Shown here: positions 23,273 through 34,464 of the stretch, piece after piece
Position numbering within the stretch: position 1 is the first letter of the stretch
How the letters are laid out: every line of letters starts with the position of its first letter
Source: Ascoidea asiatica JCM 7603
Taxonomy: Eukaryota; Fungi; Ascomycota
Assembly: GCA_001600695.1 (NCBI GenBank)
Contig: BCKQ01000001.1
Location: forward strand, 2,389,880 to 2,453,879
Length of the DNA: 64,000 nucleotides
Direction: 5' to 3'
Notes under the pieces: model-generated
The model's database searches: none
Seen by the model: only the letters and a program-made list of their open reading frames with translations
What the model was told of the DNA's origin: nothing
Made by a program: the position numbers and the translations under genes

Positions 23273-26200
23273 ATGGGTATGTTTTCTGTTCCTCCATTGT
23301 CAACCGGTTCTTTAACTTCTAAAACAACTACATCAACAACAACCACTCCCGTAAGCGTAGCGCCAACAGACTATAACAATCTATCAAAAAATATCAGAAT
23401 AATTGATCCCTTATCTAGCTTTTCACCTTCTCAAGGAAACAATGTTTTTTCAGATAATTCTTCTTATTCTTTTCAACATAAATCCACCAATTCCCTTTCC
23501 CAGGAAAATTTATCTTTAGAAACTGTGTTAAATCAATTACATAATGTTGAAGCAAAGAATAAATTAAATAATAAAAACAAAAATAAAAATAAAAACAGTT
23601 ATAAGAATAATTTGAATTTAAATATAAATATTCCATATACTTTATCCTCAAGTTCAAAAGCAATTTCTTCAAAAACTAAAAAACTAATTCAATCAGCAAA
23701 TCCTTTAAACTATGGTAATCTTTTTGCTTCTTCTCTGAATTTATCTTTAAATTTACCTAACCAATCAGATATTACACCCAATAACCTCAATAATCAAATA
23801 AATAATAATGATAATGAGGATAATAATAATAATCAACTATCAATGCAATTCATCAATACTTTTATATTAGATGATGAATTAAACCCAACTACATTATCTT
23901 TCAATTATAATAAATTCAATCAAAATAAAAGTCTTTCAATTAATCAAAATTATATAAAAAATATAAAGTTACCTTCAATTAATGAATTTAAATTATCTAC
24001 TTTAATAAATTCTTCTGCCTCTGATTATGTCACATCCAATATCAATAATAATAAAGATGTTCATACTCATATTCGTACTTATAGTCATACCAATTGTCCA
24101 ATAAATCGTCATATTAAAGATTCTGGTCAAGATGATTACAATTATGGGTATGATGAAGATTCTACCCATAATAAAACAATTCAAGCCTATAATGAGCTAA
24201 TAAATTCTATATTAAATGTTTCAAATAATTACAGGTTTGATTTAAGTAATTTGATTTCAAAAATTTATAATTTTCAAAATGATTTGATATATAATCAAAT
24301 AATCAATTTAAATAATAATTTAAGTGATTTATATTACTCAAAATTTATTTTTTTTAATAGGTTCTATAAAAAATCTTTTCCAAATAGTATTAATAGTTCA
24401 ATCAATAATCCTAATAATAATAAGGATAGTAGTAACATTAATATCAATACTGATAATATTGTTAATAATGTTATTAATGATAATGAAGAAAATAGCTCTT
24501 TCAATGTAAATAATGATAGTAATGAAGTTAACCTAAACTCAATTCGTAATCTAAATTTGAATAATGAATTCATCAAAATTAATAACTTAATTCAAACAAA
24601 TAATGATTCTATTTTTAGTTTATTCAAAAAGATTCAATTGATTGAAAGTATTTTATTAGTTGATCAAAGAAAAATTGAAAGATTATCTTATAAAAAATCT
24701 ATTAATAAAAATCAATATCCTTTATTATATAAATTAATGAATAATTCTCAAATAATTGATTCAAGCCAAATTGATGATTCAAATTCAGTTTTCAATTCAG
24801 ATTCAAACTTCAATTCAGATTCAAATTTAAGCGATTCATTAATTGAGTTAAATAATAATGAATATGTAAATATTAATAAAAGAAAAAGAAATGATACATT
24901 AAACTCAAATCATTTGGAAAATATTTTATCAGATATTGATAATAATATCGAAACTAGCAATTCCAATGAACTTGAAAACGATGAAAATGAAATACATCCG
25001 GATAGTACATACTTGGAACATTTTTATTCTGATGATTTTGAAACAAATATTAATGGAAACAATACTGAAATTAATATTGAAGACAATGCTTTAAACATTC
25101 TCAATCTGGAGGAAGCCGAAATTCAAGCAAATTCCTCTTTTATATCACAAACTTCAAATCAATCTGCCAAAGAGATTTCAAATAAGTTAGGGGATGAATT
25201 CAAACTGCAAAATAATCAAGCAGATACTAAAAATGTTAAACAGATTGCAGTTATCGAAAATTATAAAAAAAATGTCGTAAATATTGAGGATACTGGAAAT
25301 ATTTTAAAGATAGAAACTATATCTATCAATGATAATATATCGCCTAGTGATGTAGAAAATTTTCCCAAAAATAATAATACAGAATCGTTAAATATCAATA
25401 ATGTTAATTCCATTCCTTTTCAAAATATTATAAATGAGCTAGATATCGTCAATACAGAAACAAATGTGAAAAATGAAACTAAGCCATTATATAATGAATT
25501 CATTCCAACAGATATTCCAAAAGTAATTGATGAACAAACAATTAAGAAAAATTGTTCGAGTACTAAACTGATTGTTTCAAATGGAATGGACAATTATACT
25601 AGTAAGCCTACAATAAAATTTAGTGATAGCGCTGTTGTTAGTAGTTCACTAAATTCTAATGGGATTAGTAGTTTAGAAATAATTTCCAATGACTCAATAG
25701 TACCGATAAATGAAAAAAGTTTGGTCATGACAGATAAAGAGAAACAGGAACAAGATTTAGAGGCAATTAATTGCTTGATTGAAGCACGAAATATAAGTAG
25801 ATTAAATCAAATTTCCAAAAAAAGTAAAAATAAAATTTGTTCAAGTTATTCTTCAAATCACACGTCAAATAATCCTTCATATTGTTCAAGTATTACTTCG
25901 AATAAATCTAGATTCACATACAATAATAAGGGAAAAGAAAAAGAAGATTCAAATGAAAAAATTGAAAATAAAGTAGAAGAAATAAATATTGACAATGTTT
26001 TGAATTGTATGAGTAAGAATAATGAATCCGGTAAAGAAAAAAAAGATAACATGGAAGAGTTTCAATCCAGACCTATAATACAAATTGGGGCAAAAGCAAA
26101 TCGAAATTCCTCAGTGACATCTATTGGGTCATCATTATATTCAGTGAGAACACGATTATCAAATGATACACGATACACTAAAGAAACTAGGGGAACAGGA

Positions 26201-27256
26201 GAAACTAGGGAAAGTCAAATGACAAGGTCACCAGTATCATTTATATCACAAAGTAATACATTACCTACGGTTGTCTCTAGTTCAATTTTATTACCATTTT
26301 CTATGACAAATGTTATAACTGGAGCTCAGCCGATATTATCAACATCTAATGTAGTTGTATCACCAAATATAAGTAGAACAAGTAATCTAAGGCTGCATTT
26401 AGAAAATAAAAATAAAACTAAAACCAAAAATAAGTCTAAAAACATAAAAGAAAATGCGAAAGATAAAGATATAGATAAAGAAAGAGAAAAATATAATAAT
26501 AAAGAACAAAAGGTTGGAATTTCAAAATTTAGAAATAATTCGATCTCTGGTCCAATTAGTAAATCTAGAAGTATAAAGAGTAGTACAAATACAAATATAT
26601 CTGGAATTATGGATTCTAAATCTAAAAATAAATTTATTGATATTTCAAGTTCATTGAATAAGATTAAAGATATGGATACAAAGGTATTAGAAAAATCTCC
26701 AAAAATGAATGAGACTAAAAGCAATAAATGCAAGATAAATGAACCTGGTGATTTCCAGACATTAGAAAGGATGTTGGATAAAAATGTTGAGAACGACAGT
26801 ATTGAGACCGGTTACAGAATTGGATTATCGTTAAGTGAAAATAATGGTTCAAATGGGCTATCTGATAATATCAGTGGAATTGGGATTTTTGCTATTGACG
26901 ATCAAATCAACAAAAAGGATATTAACTTCAATGGTAGTAATGATAACAAAATGAATAACTCAAACAATTCTAACATTAATATGAGTAATGATAACGATAA
27001 CTATAATGGTAAAAATAATGATGATAATGATGATAATGATAATGATAATGATAATGGCAATGACAATGACAATGAGAATGATAATGGCAATGACAATGAT
27101 AATGACAATGATAATGATAATGATAACGATAATGAAAATTTTAATAGAATGAGAAATGATGACAAAGCAATTTTTTCATCTTCAAAAAGTAAAAAGAATG
27201 AAGTAAATAAGAAATCAATTGCAATGTTAAGACTAAGTGAATTTCTTAGCAAGTAA
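23273..27256 (+). CDS. Asn-rich 1327-aa protein; probable expanded Vab2-like (BLOC-1 subunit) protein
   Basis: Long ATG-initiated ORF. A helical block ending SINKNQYPLLYKL (codon 476 onward, nt 24698) resembles, from recall, the SINxxHYPLLF motif of S. cerevisiae Vab2. The rest is low complexity. The ORF is secure but the family call is tentative. Confidence 0.55.
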   Translation: MGMFSVPPLSTGSLTSKTTTSTTTTPVSVAPTDYNNLSKNIRIIDPLSSFSPSQGNNVFSDNSSYSFQHKSTNSLSQENLSLETVLNQLHNVEAKNKLNNKNKNKNKNSYKNNLNLNINIPYTLSSSSKAISSKTKKLIQSANPLNYGNLFASSLNLSLNLPNQSDITPNNLNNQINNNDNEDNNNNQLSMQFINTFILDDELNPTTLSFNYNKFNQNKSLSINQNYIKNIKLPSINEFKLSTLINSSASDYVTSNINNNKDVHTHIRTYSHTNCPINRHIKDSGQDDYNYGYDEDSTHNKTIQAYNELINSILNVSNNYRFDLSNLISKIYNFQNDLIYNQIINLNNNLSDLYYSKFIFFNRFYKKSFPNSINSSINNPNNNKDSSNININTDNIVNNVINDNEENSSFNVNNDSNEVNLNSIRNLNLNNEFIKINNLIQTNNDSIFSLFKKIQLIESILLVDQRKIERLSYKKSINKNQYPLLYKLMNNSQIIDSSQIDDSNSVFNSDSNFNSDSNLSDSLIELNNNEYVNINKRKRNDTLNSNHLENILSDIDNNIETSNSNELENDENEIHPDSTYLEHFYSDDFETNINGNNTEINIEDNALNILNLEEAEIQANSSFISQTSNQSAKEISNKLGDEFKLQNNQADTKNVKQIAVIENYKKNVVNIEDTGNILKIETISINDNISPSDVENFPKNNNTESLNINNVNSIPFQNIINELDIVNTETNVKNETKPLYNEFIPTDIPKVIDEQTIKKNCSSTKLIVSNGMDNYTSKPTIKFSDSAVVSSSLNSNGISSLEIISNDSIVPINEKSLVMTDKEKQEQDLEAINCLIEARNISRLNQISKKSKNKICSSYSSNHTSNNPSYCSSITSNKSRFTYNNKGKEKEDSNEKIENKVEEINIDNVLNCMSKNNESGKEKKDNMEEFQSRPIIQIGAKANRNSSVTSIGSSLYSVRTRLSNDTRYTKETRGTGETRESQMTRSPVSFISQSNTLPTVVSSSILLPFSMTNVITGAQPILSTSNVVVSPNISRTSNLRLHLENKNKTKTKNKSKNIKENAKDKDIDKEREKYNNKEQKVGISKFRNNSISGPISKSRSIKSSTNTNISGIMDSKSKNKFIDISSSLNKIKDMDTKVLEKSPKMNETKSNKCKINEPGDFQTLERMLDKNVENDSIETGYRIGLSLSENNGSNGLSDNISGIGIFAIDDQINKKDINFNGSNDNKMNNSNNSNINMSNDNDNYNGKNNDDNDDNDNDNDNGNDNDNENDNGNDNDNDNDNDNDNDNENFNRMRNDDKAIFSSSKSKKNEVNKKSIAMLRLSEFLSK

Positions 27257-27590
27257 CATTTTTTTATAATATTTTTTTTTTTAAGGTCATCACTACAGGT
27301 AGTAATTGAAATTGACTATAGTTATGGCATTGGTAACGATTGCCATCCTTAAAGGATAAAGTTTTTTAAAGTAATATTGACGATATTTGTAAAAAGTTAT
27401 GTGATAATTGAATTGTTATCGTAACCTTAAATCAGATTGAAATCCGAAAAAAAAAATAAAAAAAATGAAGATCCCTATTATTGGACTCTATTTTGGTGAA
27501 AAAAAATATGCATGGAGAAACAGCAATAATCAGATAAGGACAGTGCAACACAGCAAACAATTTATATAAAACAAGTCAGCTGATCATTAG

Positions 27591-27595
27591 CCAAT
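27591..27595 (+). promoter_or_regulatory. CCAAT box (Hap2/3/4/5-type) upstream of COX5
   Basis: AGCCAATC context. Respiratory genes such as COX5 are classical HAP targets. A short motif, so weak evidence. Confidence 0.4.
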
Positions 27596-27639
27596 CGGAT
27601 AGCGTACAAACCAAAATGGAGTAAGCACCTTCACAACTT

Positions 27640-27885
27640 CCAGCGCGCAAAAAATACTTCTAACATCTAGCTTAAAATGAATTTCCAGAGCTCGACAGCC
27701 AGTGAGGAGCAGGGAATTGCCCTTTGCACCTGACGCATTTCGCGTCGAATGAAAAATAGCCTGATTGACTGGCACAGTGCACCTGCTTGACTTGTTAACT
27801 TAACCACTGCTATTCACTCAGGTCCCTCTCGAAGCTCCTTGCACCAGTCAATAATGGCCTGAATCTAATCCAGCAGTGCGGCAAT
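27640..27885. other. GC-rich island with nested inverted repeats upstream of COX5
   Basis: ATTGACTGG 27764-72/CCAGTCAAT 27844-52; TGCA 27778-81/27840-43; ACCTG/CAGGT inside; GACGC 27732-36/GCGTC 27742-46. Confidence 0.5.
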
Positions 27886-28152
27886 ATCATATGATCATTT
27901 GATACTCTCTGGCTAGTACTGTACTACTCTATTTACCTTAATAATATCACACTATCCTGCTATCATTCAGCATCAAATCATATCATATCATATCATATCA
28001 ATTACTAAATCTTTCAATATATCATACTAATATCAATTCATATTATAATATATTATCAATTTCCTCCTAATTTTTCTTTATTTGCTCATTTTATTTTCTT
28101 CTTTTTACCTTTTGTTTTTGACTTATTCTCATTCTCAAGGATCATAAAATTT

Positions 28153-28678
28153 GTAAGTATCTCTTATTCTATATTTCTATCATTTTTTTCTCATCATTTC
28201 ATTCTAATTTTAATATTTGTCAGATGAATCTAAGAAATATTTAAGAATATGTAAAAAACAATCCGGAAAATTTTTAAGAAGATAACTCAACAAAGATTAT
28301 AATCATAAGGAATTTACAATAGTTCATAAATTTTCAAAACTATTCAATCTATTGAAATGATAAAATGTTTGTTTTTCTTTTATATATAAAATTTTTAAAA
28401 TATTGAAAAATATCAAAATATCAAAGGAAACCGAAAAAAACAAAAAACTACAAATAAAAATAAAAATAAAAATAAAAATAAAAATAAAAATAAAAATAAA
28501 AATAAAAATAAAAACTAAATTTATTATGATTTTCGGGGATTGGATTTTCTTTTCTTATCTTACTGAATTTATCTACAATGAATTATTTTCATATTTTAAC
28601 TCTAAAAAGCATATTTCTCAATACTAACGTTCAATTTTTTTCATTTACCCTCTTAACAAATTAAAGAATAAAATATAG
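28153..28678 (+). other. Probable spliceosomal intron in the COX5 5'UTR
   Basis: GTAAGT donor at 28153, perfect TACTAAC at 28622-28628, candidate acceptors AAG 28666 or TAG 28678. ATG is at 28721. Confidence 0.65.
28454..28513. repeat. (ATAAAA)10 microsatellite inside the putative COX5 intron
   Basis: Read directly. Confidence 0.9.
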
Positions 28679-28720
28679 AAGGATATATATCATATTAAAA
28701 CATAAAAATAATACTTAAAA

Positions 28721-29185
28721 ATGTTTAAACAATCTATTACTAATACGTCAAGATTAATTAAAACTCCAAGTTTGAAATTAAGTCGTTCTGCTCATGCTTT
28801 ATCAAATGCCACAATAGCTGATTTAGATAAAAGATGGGAATCTTTACCTTCAAATGATCAGCAAGAAATTGTTTCTCAGTTATCTGATCGTCAAAAATTA
28901 GATTGGAAAGATTTAACTTCCGCTGAAAAAAAAGCTGCTTGGTATATTTCTTATGGTTCATGGGGTCCAAGGAGACCAATTCATAAAAAAGGTGACGCTG
29001 AAAAAATTGCAGGTGGTGTATTTTTAGGTTTAGCTATAGCTATAGGAACTTTTGCAGGTCTTAGAATGCTTTCTGGCGATGCTCCTTCAACAATGACAAG
29101 AGAATGGCAAGAAAAATCTGACGAATATCTTAAATCTAAAAATGCTAATCCATTCTCTAAATATTCTCAAATTCAATCAAAATAA
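28721..29185 (+). CDS. COX5: Cytochrome c oxidase subunit V (COX4 family)
   Basis: Mitochondrial presequence, HALSNATIADLDKRWESLP, EKKAAWYISYGSWGPRRP, TM helix, TMTREWQEKSDEYLKSKNANPF. Confidence 0.96.
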   Translation: MFKQSITNTSRLIKTPSLKLSRSAHALSNATIADLDKRWESLPSNDQQEIVSQLSDRQKLDWKDLTSAEKKAAWYISYGSWGPRRPIHKKGDAEKIAGGVFLGLAIAIGTFAGLRMLSGDAPSTMTREWQEKSDEYLKSKNANPFSKYSQIQSK

Positions 29186-29874
29186 TTTTTTAAATAATAT
29201 CTAACTACTAATCTTTAGCTAATATTTAAACAATATTTAAACAATAATTAAACAATATAATTAAACAATAATTTAATAGTATAATCATTTTCAATCTGTT
29301 TTTTTTTAATCAGATCACTTCTTCATTACTTTTTTTTTATCTTTTAATATATCTTAATTTATCATAAATCTTATATTTATTCCACTAATAAATAGTACAT
29401 TAAAGAAATTTTTTTCAAATTGTCAAAAAATCATACAAAAATGGAATAAAAAAGAAGGAGAATTGGTTCGAAGCGGAATCGAACTGTATAAAAGTGAATA
29501 AAGCAGACGCTTCTATAAATTCAGTTTCAACGAACGAAAAAATTGAATTAAAAAAAAATTTTGATGTAGAGTTTTATTACCGAAATAGCAAAAAAACTAC
29601 ACCAAGTCACGCGCTTCTAGCCATTCCGACTTGTTGAGATCCAGAATTGCTGTTTGTTTAATAAATGTAAATATACTAAAAGTATAGGATAAATTTATTT
29701 TTTTGATTTGGATAGGAGAATAATGAAATTATTTATTTATGAAAACATTTGATTGAATTGTAAAAAAAGTTAGAAAGACCTGGATTTTTATATATTAGAA
29801 AAAGAATCAATTCATTGAAAAAAAAACAACCCTATTCGATTGATCCATTTTTCTATTTCGCTTCTTCTATCAAA

Positions 29875-32406
29875 ATGACTACAGATTCTTCAAATATTAA
29901 TACAAAATTTGATTTAAAACAATTGAAATCAAATATTTTAGAATCTTTATTAGATACAATCAATTCGTTAGGTGGTTCAAAACATATTTTAATTTTACAA
30001 AGAAGTTTTTCAAATTATATAAATTTATTAACTCCATTTCATATATTAAAAGAAAAAGCAGGAATTTTAAATGTTTTATGGTTAAATGATTCAATTATTA
30101 AAAATATTAATAAATTACCACCAAATATAAATTCTTTTATATTTCTATGTGAAAATACTTGTCTAAATGCTAATATTTTATCAAAAAGGATCAATGAATT
30201 AATTGAAATTGATGATAATTTAAATAATTTCAAATATTTTGGTATAATTTCCGATTCAATTTCAAAAGATTTTGAATATCAATTAGAACAATCTGGAATA
30301 AAAGGTGAAATTCAATTATATCCTTTAGATTTATCTTTATCAATATTGAATAATAATGATTTATTATCTTTAAATTTGAATCCTTCAGTTTTAATTAATG
30401 ATTTATATATTAATAATATTAACGATTCAATTTACAAACTAGCAAAATCTTTATTAAATTTAATACTAAAATTTCCTGTAAATTTAAATTTCAATAATAT
30501 TTTAATCAAAGGCTTTAAATCTAATTTTTTTTTGAAAATCTTCAATAATTTGAAAATTAATTATTTATCTTCTTTAAATCCAATTGATAGAAAGAATGAA
30601 GAAATATATTCAAATTCAAGGATTTTTTTAAATAATATAAATAATCAATTACATAATAAACCAATAGAAAATTCAAATAAATCCTCAAATAAATCTTCAA
30701 ATAAATTCTCAAATATTAAAAATTCCAATAAAAATTCTTATAATGTTAATCAGTTTTATAATTTATTCAATAATCAATGTGATTTAATTGTATTAGATAG
30801 ATCATTAGATTTTGTTACTCCATTATTAACCCAATTAACTTATAACGGTTTATTGGATGAAACTTTTAGTATTAGTTCAAATGTAATTGATTTACCTCAA
30901 AATATTGCAAAAGATATTAACTCTAATTCAAATAATAATGCTAATAATAATAATGCTAATAATAATAATGATGATAATAATAATACTAATAATGATAATA
31001 ACAACCAAACTCCTCTGTCCACTTTAAATAATGATTCTTCAATTTCGAATGATATTTCATCAAAACTTTATATAAACATTGATGATGACTTAATTTTTAA
31101 TAAAATTAAAGATTTAAATTTCGCTTCAATTGGTCCAATTTTAAATAAATTTGCTAAAAATCTTCAAATTGAATTTGATTCAAGACATAATGCTAAAAAT
31201 GTTTCGGAAATTAGGGAATTTGTTGGCAAATTATCTTTTTTACAAAAAAAACAAAAATTTCTTAAGAATCATACAATTTTAGCTGAAAATATTTTATTAA
31301 AAGTTAAAAATGATTCAATTAGTACTACCACTACCACAAACAATAATAATAACAATCAAAATGATCAACAACTTTCAAACATCGAGGTTAATAATGAAGT
31401 CGATGACGAAAATACAATATTCTCTAAAATCCTAGATTTGCAAAATTCTTTATTAACAAATTATATTGATAGTAAAAAGGCAATTGAAGCATTACTTCAA
31501 TTAATTAATGAAGGTATAAATCTTTACGAATCTTTAAGATTATTATGCTTATTATCTATTACTAAAAATGGTATTAAAGAAAAAGATTATTTAAATCTAA
31601 AAAAAGTTATTGTTTTAAATTTTGGATATAAACATATTATAACTTTACAAAATTTAAGTAAACTTAAATTATTATATATTAGTAAGAATGCTTCTTCGTT
31701 ATTACCAATTCTTGATTTAACATCAAATTCGTATGGAAAAGAAGTTGAAGAAGAATTTAATATTAACTTAGATGATCAAATTTCATATATTAAAGATTTT
31801 AATAATGTAAGAAACTATTTAAATTTAGTTCCATCCCTAGGTGATAATAATGATAATATAGGTATGAATAATAACAATTCAAATGAAACAACCGAAGATG
31901 AAATTGAAGGAATTGAAACATCAACAGATCCTTCTTTTGCATTTATTAATTACGTACCAATAACCACTAGATTAGTTGAATCTGCATACGATAGATCTTT
32001 TTTAGATAGTAGTCTTTCTTCATATTTAAATACAGCATCATCTAGATACAGATCTCAGGTTTCATCATGGAAAGGTTTAGAAGATATTTCTAGATTTTTA
32101 ATTAGTAAAAGTAGTGAAGAAAATAAATTAAAATATAATAATGCAAATAAAATGATGGTGAATTTTAATAAAAAAGAAGCTAATGTTAAAAATAAAAAAA
32201 TTTTAAAAAACTTCCAAAGTTTTTGCTTTATTGTTATGATTGGAGGTATAACTTATGGTGAATTAGCCACATTAAGATATATATGCAAAAAATTAAATGA
32301 AAAGGGAGTTTTGAAAAAATTTGTGATTTTGACAGATTGTACTATAAATGGTAATTCCTTAATTGAAGGTTCAGTGCCAAAGGAAATTTCTGAGACTGTC
32401 TATTAA
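29875..32406 (+). CDS. VPS33: Sec1/Munc18-family HOPS/CORVET subunit
   Basis: LIVLDRSLDFVTPLLTQLTYNGLLDE, IKDLNFASIGPILN, YVPITTRLVE and IGGITYGELATLR. First ATG is at 29875; the track's start at 29815 is a TTG. Confidence 0.9.
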   Translation: MTTDSSNINTKFDLKQLKSNILESLLDTINSLGGSKHILILQRSFSNYINLLTPFHILKEKAGILNVLWLNDSIIKNINKLPPNINSFIFLCENTCLNANILSKRINELIEIDDNLNNFKYFGIISDSISKDFEYQLEQSGIKGEIQLYPLDLSLSILNNNDLLSLNLNPSVLINDLYINNINDSIYKLAKSLLNLILKFPVNLNFNNILIKGFKSNFFLKIFNNLKINYLSSLNPIDRKNEEIYSNSRIFLNNINNQLHNKPIENSNKSSNKSSNKFSNIKNSNKNSYNVNQFYNLFNNQCDLIVLDRSLDFVTPLLTQLTYNGLLDETFSISSNVIDLPQNIAKDINSNSNNNANNNNANNNNDDNNNTNNDNNNQTPLSTLNNDSSISNDISSKLYINIDDDLIFNKIKDLNFASIGPILNKFAKNLQIEFDSRHNAKNVSEIREFVGKLSFLQKKQKFLKNHTILAENILLKVKNDSISTTTTTNNNNNNQNDQQLSNIEVNNEVDDENTIFSKILDLQNSLLTNYIDSKKAIEALLQLINEGINLYESLRLLCLLSITKNGIKEKDYLNLKKVIVLNFGYKHIITLQNLSKLKLLYISKNASSLLPILDLTSNSYGKEVEEEFNINLDDQISYIKDFNNVRNYLNLVPSLGDNNDNIGMNNNNSNETTEDEIEGIETSTDPSFAFINYVPITTRLVESAYDRSFLDSSLSSYLNTASSRYRSQVSSWKGLEDISRFLISKSSEENKLKYNNANKMMVNFNKKEANVKNKKILKNFQSFCFIVMIGGITYGELATLRYICKKLNEKGVLKKFVILTDCTINGNSLIEGSVPKEISETVY

Positions 32407-32443
32407 AGAATATTTTACGGTATATGTTTTTCATTTCTTGAAT

Positions 32444-34132
32444 TTAATTATTTACATTATTTTTCGGATTGTCTTCAAAAGGTTGGGTAATCTTAAGCTC
32501 TGGTAAAACGTTTTTTTCATTTTGAAGTTGAATAACTTCTGGAGAACTTTCTTTTACCTCATTTTCATTTCCAGATTTATTTTCAGTTTCAATCATTTTA
32601 TAGTTTTCATCGTTGGTTTCTTTGTTTACTTTGTTTTCAATAATTTCTCTCTCGATTAACTCACAAGTCTCTATTTGCTCTTTATTTTGCATTTCAGTTT
32701 CTTGTTTTATGTTTATTTCATTTCTTTTTTCTTTGTCATTATCTTTGTCATATTCTGTTTCATTTTGCTTTTCATTTTCAATATCATTGATGATATCAAC
32801 TTCAGTTTTATCAGTGTTATTATCATTGATATTCATTTTATCATTTATAAATATATCATGATGGGTTTTAATAGATTTTTCATTTTCATTTTCACTATTA
32901 ATTTTTTCAATATTATTTTCAATTTCTTTTTCATTTTGTGTTTCATTTTCACTTTCTTTTTCACTTTCAGTGTTATTTTTATTTTTATTTTTATTTTCAT
33001 TGTTATTTTCAGTTTCATTTTCATTTTCTTTTTCTTTTCCGGTTTCATTTTCATCATTTTTATAATTTTCATTGTCATGTCTATACCAAATGGGAAAAGA
33101 AATTTTATAACTTGTAAAACTTTTGATTTGTTTTTTTCTTTTCACCCATTTTTTAACAGGTTTCTTATTTTTAATATCTAATCTTAAATTTGATAAATTA
33201 CTTGCAATTGAAGCATTTGTATTTAACAAACTTTTTGAAACATTACTTGCACCATAGATTGTAGTTGTTAAATTATTTGGATTTAAAGTTGTATTTAATA
33301 AATTTTGAGCACTATTTAAATTAAGATTATAATTATTCAAATTGAAATGACTTGAATTATTAATATTGTTGTTATTTATATTTGAAATATCTGAATTATT
33401 TGTATTATTTGTATTATTTGTATTATTTGCATTAACTAAATCATTTGAATCATTTAAATTATTAGTGTTCTTGATATTATTAGAATTGTTAGAAAATGAG
33501 GATATTAAAGCTTGATCATTTGGAGCAGGAGAAGAGAAATGCTGTTTTGTTGTACCAGCAGGTCTTCCTCTTTGACCTGGTTGTTTTTTTCTTTTCGGAA
33601 CAGATAAACTTGTAGACATTATTGAATTTGTAGGTATTATAGAAGAAACTAAAGGATCATCATCCAAATATTTTGAAGCAGAAGCTGGACTTGAATTTGT
33701 AACTGAGTTTGAAGTATAGTTATGAGATGGCGATGGAGGTAAAGACTGATATGGAGTTACAGTCGAAGAACTATGCTGTCGAAGTTCATTGGCAGATAAA
33801 TTCAACTCATTTTCCAAATTATGACTTTGTGATCTAATGTTCAGCCTTTTAGGTAATGGTAAAGGAGAAAGTGAATTTGAAGTTTGTTTTGAAGTAAGAG
33901 TGAAATTTTTTCTTTTATTGTATTTAGAATTAGAAACTGAACTTAAATTACTTGAACTACTTGTATCGCTTTGAAATAAAACATCTTCAAATTCTTCTAA
34001 ATATACTGGAGAAATTTTTAGAGTAACCAAATAAGATTTATTGTTGTTTTCTTTTGAAAAATTAGAAGTTGTAGATTTTGATTTATATTTACTTTTTGAT
34101 CTTAGAGCAGCTTTTGAATTAGAGGATTTCAT
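32444..34132 (-). CDS. IES4: INO80 complex subunit Ies4-like protein with AT-hook
   Basis: N-terminal YLVTLKI, an RGRP AT-hook, and NASIASNLSNLRLD..KPVKKW..KQIKSFTSYKISFPIW, matching the fungal Ies4 C-terminal motif. Acidic E/N tail. Confidence 0.65.
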   Translation of the reverse strand: MKSSNSKAALRSKSKYKSKSTTSNFSKENNNKSYLVTLKISPVYLEEFEDVLFQSDTSSSSNLSSVSNSKYNKRKNFTLTSKQTSNSLSPLPLPKRLNIRSQSHNLENELNLSANELRQHSSSTVTPYQSLPPSPSHNYTSNSVTNSSPASASKYLDDDPLVSSIIPTNSIMSTSLSVPKRKKQPGQRGRPAGTTKQHFSSPAPNDQALISSFSNNSNNIKNTNNLNDSNDLVNANNTNNTNNTNNSDISNINNNNINNSSHFNLNNYNLNLNSAQNLLNTTLNPNNLTTTIYGASNVSKSLLNTNASIASNLSNLRLDIKNKKPVKKWVKRKKQIKSFTSYKISFPIWYRHDNENYKNDENETGKEKENENETENNNENKNKNKNNTESEKESENETQNEKEIENNIEKINSENENEKSIKTHHDIFINDKMNINDNNTDKTEVDIINDIENEKQNETEYDKDNDKEKRNEINIKQETEMQNKEQIETCELIEREIIENKVNKETNDENYKMIETENKSGNENEVKESSPEVIQLQNEKNVLPELKITQPFEDNPKNNVNN

Positions 34133-34464
34133 CTTTAGTTAGAAAAAATATATAAGTATTAGTTTTTTGAAAAAAACAACAGATGATAGAAAGGAAATTC
34201 TATAAGCTTTGGAGTATTTGAACTTTCGACAATAAGTTATAATTGTTTCCTTGAAATTAATTGAGGATAATCTGTTTAGTTTTTATTTTATTAACATCAT
34301 TTGAAGAGTGTTTTTTGGACTTGTTTTTTATCAAAAAATAAGTTTAGAGATAAAATCAAAAATAATGTACCCCAAGAACTAGGAAACTGGGAATCGGGAA
34401 ATTAAAAATGGGAATTTACAAAATTGGGAAATAAATCAAAAGTCCTAGACATGTGCGGAATACA

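Noticed and set aside
29455-29490. GGTTCGAA B-box-like motif suggesting a tRNA
   Set aside because: No cloverleaf, acceptor stem or A box; only a short GTTCGA/TCGAAC hairpin.
29815-29874. TTG-initiated N-terminal extensions of VPS33 (and of YVC1 at 39050, RTT106 at 59613)
   Set aside because: A eukaryotic ATG in A-rich context lies downstream for VPS33 and YVC1, and RTT106 is explained by an upstream exon.
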